Positions 12,293-55,018 of a stretch of DNA of 64,000 bases are shown here, in pieces. The translations under genes and the position numbers were made by a program. Source of the DNA: Tubiluchus corallicola (taxonomy: Eukaryota; Animalia; Priapulida). Position 1 is the stretch's first letter, and the number at the start of each line of letters is the position of its first letter. The notes under the pieces were generated by a model. It was not told the origin of the DNA, did not search any database, and saw nothing but the letters and a program-made list of their open reading frames with translations. Location: contig JAQGDQ010000421.1 in the NCBI GenBank assembly GCA_030141605.1, positions 124,001 through 188,000 on the forward strand. The letters are read 5' to 3'.

Positions 12293-15200
12293 CGTTCAAG
12301 GAAAATTCTCTAGGATGAGACAGTACGGCGGAGAGGTCAAATTCTCTTTAAACGGACAATTTTATTCCTAAACCTGAGTTCTAAACAGGGTATCTATGAC
12401 ATTTACCATTACGTAATGTGTAAATGATTAGCTGGTCCTATTACATTGCCCACGAAGCACCCTGCTTCAAAGAAAAAGTAACCATTGAAATACAGTTCTA
12501 TTAAGTATGCTTTCTGAAATTACTAACAACTTTATGAATAATTCATCACTGAGCTTTTAATTGTTATTTATTTTATTAGCGCTATTTCGTTGCTGGTTTT
12601 ATGGAGTCGACGCAGCAGAGAGACGCGTCTGCGTAGCTAGAACGTCGCAAAGAAATGCTAGAAGCGCTTTGACCGTAAAACGATGGTAATGCTTTTGAAC
12701 GTTGACTAATTATCATTTTATATGTCGTTGCTGTTTTAACGAGACAGTAGTGTTCATTTTTGGTGATTTTAGAACAATTGTTTTTTTAATTATAATATTG
12801 CCATCTGAGTACAGTTCAATCGTGGAAAACTCGAACCACTAAAGGTAAGAGGTATTGATAAAAATTAGTGGTTTTAAGAATTGTTGGGTGAAGTTAATAA
12901 TATAAACACAATTCACGCAAATTATGTAAAATTGTTACAGGTGAATTAATTACCTTAACCTGGTTAAGCAACCATAATAGCTAAGTATTATAACGACTGC
13001 ACTATCAACAATGTATTGAAAGACTGATGAGGAATTTACAAAAAATATGTGACGACAACCCAAGGGATGACAATCCTTTGGGTTGAAGGACCATTAAACT
13101 ACATGACTAATGAACTTAGGAAAACGAAAGTCAATACAATAGAGACAACTGTGATAAAAAGACTAATATTATGGTTAATACCGCCGCAAAACACGTCACT
13201 CCTACTTTTGTGGTGTCTACAAATTTGTTTTTTGGGAAAGTGATTGTTTAAGGAATCGACTAATTAATGATTAATTTATCATCATCACTTGCTAATCCAT
13301 TTTGTTCACAAAAATGAGAAACAGTAGGTTGTTAGCTGTTCTTGGGAGTGTCATCACGAAATTACACAAGAATTAGTAAAACTATCTTATCGGTGGAAAC
13401 TCTTATTTGCCGTTTTGGTTCTTCTTATCGACTATCGATTACTAAAAACGAATTTAATAATGTTTTTGTTATCAGATTAGCTAGGGTTTTCAAATTATAT
13501 TTTTTATTAATATAAGCGTTTTTATTAACCTGACGTGTGAGGTATTTTAAGCTAATGTGCGTAGTGTTGAGTTTTCATAACACCTCTACAATTGTTCTGA
13601 TATGATGTTGTGAGATTTCTCTAAAAAAAGACATTAACTGAGCATTAAAAAGCTCACAAAGAAAAGTTAGTTTTCTTGATGTCCCCAATCGAACACCATG
13701 AAAAATGTAATCAACTCAACCCTAGCCCAGCCACCAGTTAGTCCAGTTGCTTTGGTCTACAAAATACATGTTGAATTTTATTCACAAATTCTTGAGATAT
13801 CTGGTGGAAAAACTGACATGGATGTCTCCTGTTAAAACAATATCTCGAAAGGCTGACAGTCATTAGCCTCACTTATCCAAGGTGTACTATAAAATAACAA
13901 AAAGGTGTGACGTAATCCCTCACACGTGTGACTTTGATTGAGAATTGCTTTTAGCTGTTGTTTCAAACTCAAAGGTTCGTGCAAATGCGAATTTTCAACA
14001 GTATAGAGTTTGAACGTCATCCGCTTACAGGCTTGTATTTTAATCGAATTTTTTACTATTCCAATTTAATCACCACGAAAACCTCGCCATGTTTTTCTGT
14101 CTCACAGCCTGCGTCTCCCTAAAATAGTTCTGAAAGCTTACATCCTATCTAGATTTGAGATATCGCAAAGACAAACAAACATTTTTGGGTAAATACATAT
14201 ATCGATTTCCTTTTCAGTTCTTACGAAAGGTAAATGATATTGAAAAAAAATGACGAAAACATTGATTGCAATAAGCGCTTCATTGCGGAATGTTTTGCAA
14301 ACTTCTTCGACAAATTTCCTAGTTTGACAATACGTGTTGAAAGAGAAATGTTCACCGGGTTAAGATTATAGATAAAATTATTCATTTAATGTAGCGTTTA
14401 CCAACTTAACACACTTTATACGGCACTTCGGGATGAAAAAACGGGATAAGCCTAATTGAGAACAGAAAAAAATACGCGTTACTTCCGTTTCACACAAAAC
14501 AGAAAATTGCGTCTACAGATACGTAAACAGAATATCTTCACATGTTAATATTTTTGTACAGTTTGTGTATGCAGTTTAGAAAATTTTGAGTTTTTGTTCG
14601 AAACAATCTGAAGACGTACTACGCACAGCAGATAAAAATAGATCGAAATTTCTTCGACTTGTTAATTTTTTGCAGTTAGACAACAAATAGAAGTCAATAT
14701 GTAACCGAGTTACTGTTTTCTTTATTAATTCCAGTTAGTATTTTCTTTATTAATTTTCGTTATTATCCTCGCACGTACGATTGGAAGAAATGGAATCATA
14801 TACAGAAGAACAGCATTGTAATATTAAACAAACACAACACTATTGCTTGCAGGCACATTAAATATTGACTCGTGTTACTGGTAAACTAGCTAATTGATTC
14901 ATTGCACCAGGGTTGTTATGTATAGCGTTATGGAGCTACTTGCGAAACGTTATTCACATTTCATTATTGCATAGCAAATTTTGCAGCCTGCTGCCTCACC
15001 AGCTAATTGAGTAACCCTAGAAAAAGCAATTAGAGCCAGATAAAGCAGGCCGAAGTATTTAATAAAGGAAAGCAACTGCACAGCTTTGCTGCATGTTGAA
15101 TGAATCTCTGTGTTGCAGCTTTTTTACGTTCTAGTTTTGAAAAGTAAAACGTCTTTCATACAGTTGGATTTTTTTGTAATTATGATTATGAGGAGGAGGA

Positions 15201-15451
15201 TGTTTTTGGTTGCAGCCCTAGACATTTGTTCAGAGTCAATTATGCGTTTTTATACGTTATTTTAAAATCAGTTACAATAAATTCGTGAACACTTGTCTTG
15301 ACATAAATAAAACAAAAATAAACAAGTAAATGAATGAGCAAACAAACCAGTCAGCCGCCTGTAATTCAATCAACAAACAAATTATCAAACCACAAGCAAG
15401 TAACAAAGCAAAAAAGAGAACAAAATGAATAAACAGTGGATCGTAAACGAA

Positions 15452-15492
15452 ACACCACCACCACCACCACCATCACCACCACCACCACCACC

Positions 15493-15570
<78 letters not shown>

Positions 15571-15588
15571 AACAGCAGCAGCAGCAGC

Positions 15589-15628
<40 letters not shown>

Positions 15629-15647
15629 GCAACAGAAACAGCAACAG

Positions 15648-15706
<59 letters not shown>

Positions 15707-15724
15707 ACAACAACAACAACAACC
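15452..15724. repeat. Compound trinucleotide microsatellite (ACC)n(AAC)n(AGC)n
   Basis: Directly visible; it produces the spurious homopolymer ORFs in the ORF track. Confidence 0.97.
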
Positions 15725-16319
15725 ACAAAAGAACAGACTAGGTAATTTTGTTCGTCGGCTTGCAAAGGTCAATATAGCTTCGTTGCAATCGTCAGGAATT
15801 ACTTGCCGATTCCAGTTTAATCGGCTTTAATTTGATGCTCTGGCTTCATGTAGGAGCAGATAAACATACGACATCAATCATTCACAGCCCAGGATTCTCT
15901 TGACTTCTTTTCGTTTTACAAGCGTTTTATCATCAAGCTGGCCAGAAGCCTGGCTAAATTAACAGTATCTTAAAAGGTAGTTAAGAAAAGGCTTCTTTGA
16001 CGGGTGTCGTAAACTTTCACGTTATGTTTGCGCCAACCAAAGCGCCAAAGGTTAATTATGGCAGCAATTGTCATTTAGCACTTTACGAGATGTTTATTGC
16101 TGGTGTTTCATGAATTTTGTGCGAAATTATCTCTGCATTTGAAGTTTGTTTGCTCGCTTTGTGCACAACACGCGACGTACACAGAATAGTCAATGATAAT
16201 TAAAGAATGCTTTCTCGCCATTATATAGCACAAGCAAGCGCCTATAACAATTACGGCTTAAATATGTGAATTATTGTTTAGAAATCTATACGATTTAAAA
16301 GGCAGGGTAGGCTTAAATC

Positions 16320-17003
16320 TAATTTAGCTTCAGTTATATGTTTCCTATTTAAAAAAGACGTCTCTCATCACAAATCAAACCTCTGCAACAGAATTAAGAA
16401 CAATGTTTAAAATCCCAATTCTACATGTACATAAAAACTTCTTAACAATCCTGTTTTTATATAAATACATCAACAATATTAACACGCCCTTCATCAAAAA
16501 TAAGCTTCCACTCCTCTTGGAGCCAACATTAAATCCAAAAACACACAATATTAAACAAATACGCACTAATAACAAATACGGCAGCAATTCTATTACTAAA
16601 CAAGGAGTTCAACTTTGGAATACCTTGCCATCAAATTTAAAAAAATCAAGTCTTTCGACGAATTCAAATCAAAATTAAAAATACATACATTAAATCGTTT
16701 TGAAAACCCTACATGCGTAAACGATAATATATATCCATCCGCAAATTTTATTTACCCATGTCCATTTTAAATTATATGTATATATTGTCTATAGTCTATT
16801 ATAATTTACGTGTAACATTATAATGTATATTTTGTTTTAAATTTTTGGCACAGTAGTTTTTAGTTTGCACTGGATGCATTTGCCTTTAACAGTTGTGTGA
16901 ATTTTATTCTCATGCTGCGATGTTCTTTTATGCTTTTATAGTTATGAATATGGATTTTTTCTGGCAAATATATAATAATATATAAAGTTTTATGTATATA
17001 TAT

Positions 17004-17051
<48 letters not shown>

Positions 17052-17065
17052 ATATATATATATAA
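16320..17065 (+). mobile_element. CR1/L2-like LINE 3' fragment ending in (TA)n
   Basis: Remnant translation RTNNKYGSNSITKQGVQLWNTLPSNLK..S...FK is typical of the ORF2 C-terminus; T-rich 3'UTR; (TA)n at ~16975-17065. Confidence 0.6.
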
Positions 17066-18929
17066 GTGCCAGCGTTCAAAGAAGACATTCATAAAATAAT
17101 TATAACATTATTATATAATCGATATAAGGTAAATTTATTGATAGAATAGCAATAAATGAGTTTTTGTAAGAAATGTTAGTGAACATGCCCGCCAGTGTCG
17201 TGCGCATTGTTTCTAGACGACCAATCAACGAATGACATCCGTCATCTTGTCGAAAATCACCCACTTGATTGCTGTCGCTGGATGTGAAAAGGTTCAGCTA
17301 ATTTTACCTTTAGGTCTGTTTTATAAACATTAGCTTACAAAAAATATTATTTCGTATAGTTGGTGATCGTGGTGTTGTTGACGGTTCGTCATAACGGTTT
17401 TCACTCTCCCAGCCTTCTTTTAAAAATTGTCACGTTGTTGCTATGTTTTTGTTCTATAAAATGAACTTGTATTAAGGCAAGGTATACGTGTTCACTCTTA
17501 TCTTAAAAGAGACAGCTTCTTTATTAAAAAGCTTAAAAATCATAGATTTACTGCAGATCTGTGTAAAAAATGCTTGGACTGCAATATTCAGTATTTATTT
17601 TCAGTGTGAGAGAAGTTAAATAACAATCAGTTCAATTTTAATTTCAATTTATTTATTTATTTCACTTGAATATCACATCATAGTAGTATGCATTTTACAC
17701 ACATGTACGTCATAATTTTAGTTCAAGCTAATAGGTATAATTATTGCAGCTTTTTTTACTGTAATTTTACTTGTTTGTTTACGTTACTACACGTATTCTT
17801 TGGCTCTTCGTAAATATGTAATTTTTCTGTTTGCGACTACTGCAGTTGTTGTTTATATGACTTGGTTGCTTTTCATATTCTTTTGAATGGAAGATTACTG
17901 GTGTACATTGTGTCAGTTAAGTTTACAAGTTTTTTTAAATAACAAAGCTGTTTCTTTTAAAATAACCATAGAGTTCCTGTGTAAACTGGCTTGTTTTACA
18001 TATTTTTTGCATTTTATTGGCGGATATTTTTAAGGTTACTAATAGCGAGCTATGTATGGCCGAGTGATGTTTACATGTCTTTTTTTAATGTTTCTGTCAA
18101 TAAAACACAGTTTGCAAGTACTTAATAGAGTTTCATAAAAACTGCGCAGATAAACGGAGAACAAAAGGCCGTGCTGACATCGGACAAGAAATAGCAAACC
18201 GATCCATGATCAGTAATCACTGATGAAAAGTACCCATAGTGTAAAAATGAAACATTTTTCATATTTGTCTTTAAACAACTTTGCAATCACTTATTATATT
18301 TTGACAAAACTTTTACTACGAATAAATAGAAAACAGTCAGTCCATCAACGATAAGTAATCGATCAGAACTAGAAAAATAATCAGTTTTTATGCTTATCCC
18401 GATAATGAAAGTTGAAAGGAGAAAAACTGATTTGAAGCATATATTTGCATAGCATTCCAACTGATCCTCAGCTAATCAAAGGCACCAAAATTTTGCCCAA
18501 ACCGAAGCCAATAAACACAGAGGCCCAAAAGAAGCCAATATATACAGAATTTTAATCTGTTGGTGAGTGCTATGAACTTAGTTCCAAGATCAGCACGGTG
18601 CAGCACAACGTTTTCATTACTGACGTTCAATATCAAACTTAATTTACTCTGACATGTTTTTGACAGGTGTATCTTATTGACATGTACCTTTTCTGAAAGC
18701 GAAAACCAAAATAAAGAAGTAATGAAAACACCGCAGGTGCAAGTTGCAGAGATGAAAATCATCAATAGATGGACGAGAATTTCTCGCACATTTCACCAGA
18801 GAAATGTAGTTGACGAGCTACATGTCTATGCTTGCGACACTAGCGCCACGCAGACCGCAACTCTTTCGCATTTTTGAGTTAACGGTTCTTATTAGAATTT
18901 ACATGCAATGAGGCCACATCATCAACTTA

Positions 18930-19617
18930 TAGGTTTTACATGTCAAATATAGACCTACGTTAAGTCAAATGCAGATTTAGGTGATTCAAATGTGTCTTGG
19001 TAACTCAAATGTAGACTTAGGCAGTTCAAATGTGTTAACAATGGTTTTCAAGAAATTTTAAGTGTTTTTGGTAAGTCAAATGTAGACACATGTCAAGTCA
19101 AATGTGACATTGGTACCTCAAATGTGGATAGGTGGTAAAGCTTAAGGATGTTAAATATAATCTCCTTTAATCTTAATTTAATAATTGCTGTGAAAATAAT
19201 AACTTTATAGGTCTACAAATAGTTCACTAATATTCTGTAAACTTTACATACCATTGGAACTGTTAGAGAAAACAATACATTCTTAAAATAAACGATGTTT
19301 CTTGAGAGAAACTAATTTATTAATGCAGTGCTAATGCATTACTTAAAAAACTAATTAGTGATTCACTGTTCATTGGGAAGTGGGAACCAATTTATTCTTT
19401 TGTACCGACGTTATGGTTTATCAAAGAATTTAGTTTGAGGATAAACAACGCATTTTTCAAAGTTATGAAGGAGGTGATGACTATCTTTGGTTTATCTTTT
19501 TGCAACTTGCACTTAAATGAGTTAATTACCGATTTATTCAAAGTAATGCATCTACATTTGACTTACCCAAGTCACATTTGAACTTTCCTGTGTCTACACT
19601 TAACGTGTAAAACCTAT
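18930..19617. mobile_element. Non-autonomous DNA transposon with subterminal TCAAATGT arrays
   Basis: Inverted ends ATAGGTTTTACATGTCAAATATAGAC / GTCTACACTTAACGTGTAAAACCTAT; CAAATGT motif repeated at the left end and inverted at the right. Confidence 0.65.
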
Positions 19618-20314
19618 ACATTAGAGTTGTTCTTATGACGTCACCACGTATTATCTTGGTTATCATTCTGGATGTCTAAGTCAGTCACAGCATGATCCAA
19701 ACTGCCCTACGGACAAGTGACGTTAGTTTGCGTGAATTTAATAGCTCTAGTGTATCACTTTCCAGATTAACATCACAGATTTTAGGGGTGTAAACTCTCT
19801 TGCTAGGAAGCCTAGCTGTGAAAGTAAATGAACAGACATGACGTTTTGGTCAAAGTTTGACGTTTATCTAGAGGAGGAAGAACTCCCGCATTTCACCCAT
19901 AAATCTTGTCTTTGGTTTACGTGACTGACCCGCGAACTTTATTCTTTATTTGGCAGAGATTGATTATTTTAAGGTGTTTATGGGTTATACAAAAACATTT
20001 GTTTCATTTTCAATATATTTTTATTTGCAGTTAATATGCATAAAATGTTATGTCGTTATCGGGTTGTTGGACAAAGCCTGAACATGATTACTATACCGGG
20101 TTTTCTTATAGGGGAGTTACTTGTACGGTTTCTTTGCTTTTTTGTGTGATCTTAACGCGCAAACATGATGCAGTGCAAAACTGGACAAAACATGCTTTAT
20201 TGTGTCAGCAGCACCACTTTTCTTATAGCTCACATTTTTTCATGTCAGATATCGGTCTGACCTGCGTCTCTAAATACCGGAAGTCTCGGTGTGGCGATAA
20301 TAAACAAGAAATTT

Positions 20315-22370
20315 AACTAGTGGACGTTTTTGACTGTGTCAAAAACTGTGGTAAGATTCTGCTTATGTGACAGGAGATGTCTTATGTAAGAGCTTGTTTT
20401 TAAAAAATTATGTTTTGTTTTTAAAATAAAGTACTGTTGTGCTTGACCTTAAAGGCTTCAGTAGATTTGGAACTTGTAACATTTTCATTAGTGGTCCGTA
20501 ACTGAAGGCTGTGAAGGGCATAATATTGCTTCCGTCAAATTCACCATCGTTTTGTAGCCCAGCACTTTCTCTTTCTAAAGAGCTACAAAACTCCCTTAAA
20601 CATTCCTATAACAAGCGTGACGAACGTTTTTTCACGACGTTTCGCAAACTTCTCAATAATGAAATCGGAAACTTTTACCTTTAACTTGTAATATTGAAGT
20701 CCAGCGTCTACCAAATGCAGCGAAACTTATACCATTCGATTCGTCTCATCGAGGCCTTTCAGTTGGTGTATTATAGGACGCTGTTGAATTGGTGCCTCCG
20801 ACTCCCTCGATTTTGGTTTTTGCTCCTACCGAAAAATTTTCCCGTACGCAAATCGTTTTCAGCCATGCACAACAACTCGACAACACCTAGCCCATGCCAA
20901 AAATTATGGCCCTAGCTCAAAAACTATAAGAGGGATCCAGCCTAACGAAAAAAAGAAGTCCCGTCCGCTCTGTGACCTTGAAACCATGGTCACTGATCGT
21001 ATGCGAACAGAAATGCCCCTACCTGGACAGTGTATAATGTGAGTTTCGTGAGCATAGCCCTGTGCCTACGTGAGTTATTAGAGAAACAAAACGGCGGAAT
21101 AATGATAATAACTAGTGGACGTTTTTGACTGTCAGAAACTGTGGCAAGATTCTGCTTTTGTGACGGTGATGCTTAATGGCAGAGCTTAACTGCAAATTCG
21201 GCATTTTCTACTTAAAAATAGCAAAAACATAACATATAAAATAATTTGTTCATTGACAAGCGAAACGCATCATTACATGAAATATAATTTTAGTGTGATA
21301 TTAATTGCAATCGTGAATATTTACATGTGTTTGAAAATTAATTAAAGATCATGTTTATACAAATATTTGGCTTTGTTTACAGTAAGTTGTGTCATAAAAG
21401 AGTTGACATGTCCAACATAGTCAGCATATTTAGCTTCGGGATCTTCTAAGACCGCATGAGTAAGGGTCTGAAAAACATTCAAATCACAAAATTGACATAT
21501 TCTATTTTCTCGTCTGGTCCTGCTCCGCCTGCCAGTCTCAACTCGTAGGTGGTGATTTCCTACTCTGAATCTTGAAATGATTATCCTGTAATGTTCCGTA
21601 AGAATGCTGTTATCAGCTACATGTAATAGTGAGGCAAACTGTGCAACGTTGTTTGTTTTGTTCAACAATCACATGCGAAATTTCTGCAATTAAGCCAGGA
21701 ATTTATCGACTGATGCTCGCGCGCATCTAGGTGTTTTCATAAAAAGCTTACATTATCTTGTAGCCCAGCTCTTTCTCTTTCTAAAGAGTTATAGGACTCT
21801 CTTAAACATTCCCATAACACGCCCGGCGGACGCTTTTTCTCGACGATGTTTCGCGAAAATTTAACAAAATGAAATTGGACTTCTTACATTTAAGCTGTGA
21901 TATTGAGGTTCACCGTCCACCAAAATCGGCGAAACTTATGTCATTTGATTCGTCTTAGCGAGACCTTTAAATTGATGTATTATGCGACACTGTTACTCGA
22001 AACTGAAAGCATTGGTGCCCCCGACTCCCTTGATTTTGGTTTTTTGCCTCATACCGAAAAAAATTGCATACACAAATGGTTCATATTCAGCCATGCACAA
22101 AAATTCATCAGCCCTACCTACTACCCAGCAACACAACGAAAATTGTGGGTGGCCTAGCTCAAAAACTGTAGGAGGAGATCCAGCCTAACGAAAAAACAAG
22201 AAGCCCAGCCCGCTACACGACCTTTGACCCCAGGGGGACTGGTCACATATTAACATAAATATCCCTACCTGGGGAGTGTGTCCTGTGAGTTTCGTGACAC
22301 TAACCCTGTGCTAGTGCATGCGCGAGTTATTAAAGAAACAAAATGGCGGAATAATAAATAATAATAAAAA
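20315..22370 (+). mobile_element. Two head-to-tail copies of a ~0.8-kb non-autonomous element (20315-21109; 21110-22370), Helentron/HINE-like
   Basis: Both copies start AACTAGTGGACGTTTTTGACTGT, share TGTAGCCCAGC..CTAAAGAG, GGATCCAGCCTAACGAAAAAA and GTGAGTTTCGTGA, and end GGCGGAATAAT(AAT)n. The class assignment is inference. Confidence 0.75.
21200..21720 (-). mobile_element. LINE ORF2 C-terminal fragment inserted in the second element copy
   Basis: ORF 21342-21668 contains SRFRVGNHHLRVETGR...RENRICQFCDLNV, the typical non-LTR C-terminal Cys motif region. Confidence 0.7.
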
Positions 22371-23494
22371 CGGGGCGGGGGGGGGGGGTAAATCTGCTTA
22401 CAGCAAAATCTTAATAATATCAGCTTCGCAGCGCTTCCGCTAAATGCGATTATTAGCACTGCATGGGAGATTAATAATGCTCTTATTGAAGTGGAGAGAA
22501 TTTTAACGGATTTCAGTAGCAGAGTTAAACTGAGGCAGGTGTAACTTCATAATAGACAATCTTTCAAATTAAATGGTCAATAACGCTAGCGTTTTCTGTG
22601 CTTGATGCTTGAAGAGACACATACATTCCACCTTCCTATTAACGAATTTAACGTGTGGTTTTCGAGTAGGCTTAATAGTATTACAGCGGCAATTAACACG
22701 ACATTAATTTGAAAATGTTTGAAACGCTTTTCCCGTTTTCAGGGTGCAGTTAAGTAAGAGGGAGGAAAGGGCGTTGCAGTGTGAAATTTTTCTTTGGTGT
22801 TGTATTGCCCGAACGTTGCTACATTGATGCCTAACTTAATTACGTTCAACTTACTGTAAAGTTCGAAAAGTTCAAGAATTGATGCATGTGTAGTGTATGT
22901 AGTCGACGCAATGAAGATTTTTCTGAGCACCCATAAGTCGCCCGTTTCTTCTATGTTTCCGTCTTTTCCAACTATTCGTTTCCTCACTTATTTCCCATGG
23001 AACTACAACTTGGCTCCCATCTTGCCAAAGAAATTCATACTGATGGGGACTGACATCCTGCACTGTTCGATTGTTCAGTTTAAAGAAAAAAAGACTCAGC
23101 GGTCAAAAATAAAAAATACAATGACTTGTCTGAACGCTTAATATATTAACCTGACAACCGATTATCCTGTTTACTTTTATTCTTGTGTTTCAGACTTGGA
23201 AGTAATATAATTTATGCAACAAGTCTTCCACAATACCTGAAAAGCTCCGTGCGGCTTCTGCCTCAGTGCATTATTACAACAATATTACCACTCGTCTGTT
23301 TAATTTCACTACAAGAGCTGATGATGGGACGACGATATCGCACTTATGTTCTATAATGATGGTCATTATTTTATCCGTGATCTTCTCCACACAAAAGAGC
23401 GGAACAGAGATGCTGTGATTTATGGATGAAGCTCTAAATTGAGCAGTAGCATGGCTTCACGTGACGATATACAGTGCGGGTAAATTCCTAAACA

Positions 23495-52853
<29,359 letters not shown>

Positions 52854-53519
52854 CCAAACTAACTACATGGTATCGACAGATCAAACTGGTCCCGGTATGA
52901 CGGCTTGGCAGCTAAGATCTTAAGGCATTTGTAAGATATAATATGCCGCCTAAGCGAACCTCAGATACTAAGAAAAATAGTTATGAGAAATCAAAATTTG
53001 TTTGATTGTTACGTTTCTTGTGTAAATATTAGCAGTCAGCATATAAGTGTTAAAGATTAATCAACGTTGACAAGGTTAATGTTTCACACCACGCTGCATC
53101 ACAAATTTTATTTTAATAATGAGTGTGAAATGAATTTATTAGGCATAAATGATTGCGTAATCAGCTGTATGTTGCCTAAAAAGTTGTACTGTATGTTGTT
53201 GAGCTTTTGTTGTTATACTGCTTTTTGATGTTGTTGATAGCAGCTGTACTGGTGGCTGTTTAACATTTACTTCAATAATGAGTCCCCCAATTTGTTTTAG
53301 TATTAGATGTTGATTGGTAATCTACAGACCTTCTCTAACGAGCAGAATTTCTTTCTTAAATGCCTTATTATAATTTACAAAATATTCGAATCAGGGTCAA
53401 TCTAGAGTTATTGTTTCAAATCGTGTTTCAAAATCCATTCAGACCATGACGTGAAAATTGTGACGTAAAAGAACGTGTCCCAAAAAGCATCCTAACTAAT
53501 AATTATTTATTTTTCGTCT

Positions 53520-54525
53520 GCGCAGGCTAACGTCGCGAATTGAGAAGAACCCGTGACGTTGTTTTCATCATCATTTCATTATCTTAGACATCCAGTTTTC
53601 CACTCTTTAATTCATGTCAACTTGCAAGACAGAGGACTAAAGTCACAAACCGTACAGGGTAGATAGTTAGGGTAGGGTAGGGACCTTGAAAGTGGCCTGG
53701 TGAACGGTGACCTCGGTCAAAGGGTTCAAGGACGCTGGAAATCGGTCACTTTTTCGATTACAATTCAACTCTTCATAAGTATTTAAGTATTGTGGGATAG
53801 ATACGCGCTCGGGCTTTTAAAAAGCTTGGCTTCTTTGGGGACCAGAGATAGGAGCCAAAATGCAGAACATTGAATAGCTTTAAAACTAGAGTCATCAAAC
53901 TTGCAAGCCAGACACTCGGGCTGAGGCTCAGGCTATGGTGTAATTAAAAAGTTGGTATTGCGCAAGTGTTCGAGACAAGAGCTAAAACTTTGAAAATTAG
54001 GGCATCCAGATCTAATTCATGATAACTCACAAACGAAGAAGGCTTTTAGTCACGAAATTTGTAACGTAAACACTTGTGGTAGAGTCCTTAACAACACAGT
54101 GAGTGTACAATGACTTCAGTCAAAGGGTCAAGATCATTGGACATTAGTCAGTTATTCAATTATCAGCTGGGTTTATTTTAGCTAGGTCCAAATAGGAGAC
54201 AAAATGTATAACATTGAATAACTCCTAAATTACAGTAACTAGAGACCCGAAACCTACAAGGTAGACAACTATGTGATTGGAAAACTTGGAATTGTTTAAG
54301 AGCCCGAAACAGGGGCCAAAATGTGAACACAAGGGCACTAAGTTTCAATTCACGTTAACTTGCAAACGAAGAGGACTATTGTCACGAAATTTATAGGGTA
54401 GATACTTGGAGTAGGACTCATAAAAATGATATGATGAACAGTGACCTAAGTCAAAGGGTCAAGGACAATGGATATCAGACATATTTGTAGTCCTTTTCCT
54501 TCAACTCTTAGGCCTTCGTGTTAAA
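53520..54525. mobile_element. Interspersed element with three diverged internal ~330-410-bp units (Helentron/HINE-like; class uncertain)
   Basis: TGAC(C/T)T..GTCAAAGGG(T)TCAAG at ~53708, ~54111 and ~54442, each preceded by a GTCAC(G)AAA...GTA(G/A)A block. Confidence 0.55.
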
Positions 54526-54781
54526 TTCATTAGTTTAAACAATATTTTTATTTGATAAGAAACATTACTATCATAGTACATTCATAATAAAAACAATGGG
54601 CACTTAGTCAAACGCTGATTGGCTAACAGGTATAGCTTATAGAGGAATTATAGGCCTTTCAGAGAGTAGATACATTATTTATAAGGTACGCACACGTTAA
54701 GAACTGTTAATTATACATTAAGTAAGAGTGAAATTGAAAAGGTTGATAACTTGTTTTTTGAATAGCGGTGTGCAAAAGGCT

Positions 54782-55018
54782 GGGACAACTTAGTTGTGAT
54801 GTGTTTGATGTTGATGTTAAGCTACAAAAATAGAATGAGTGATGATGAAGCTAATGAAAGATGGGGACAAGTTGGTTATGATGTTAATGTTAAGCTACAA
54901 AAACAGAATGAGTGATAATGAAGCTAATGAAAGATGGGGACAAGTTGGTTATGATATGTTTGATGTTGATCTAAAGCTACAAAAATAAAATGAGTGATAA
55001 TAAAGCTAGTGAAAGATG
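54782..55018 (+). repeat. ~75-bp minisatellite x3
   Basis: GGGACAA.TT.GTT.TGAT...AAGCTACAAAAA.A.AATGAGTGAT.AT.AAGCTA.TGAAAGATG is repeated three times. Confidence 0.9.

Noticed and set aside
15366-15772. Poly-L/V/T/N/C ORFs (also 39214-39935, 46449-46890, 34830-35267, 61808-62026)
   Set aside because: Microsatellite translations; only 39279-39362 within them is a real exon.
18210-18265. Hammerhead-like CTGATGA...GAAAC (also CTGATGAG at ~13024 and minus-strand CGAAACG at ~20640 and ~45545)
   Set aside because: No convincing stems I-III, or the partner core motif is missing.
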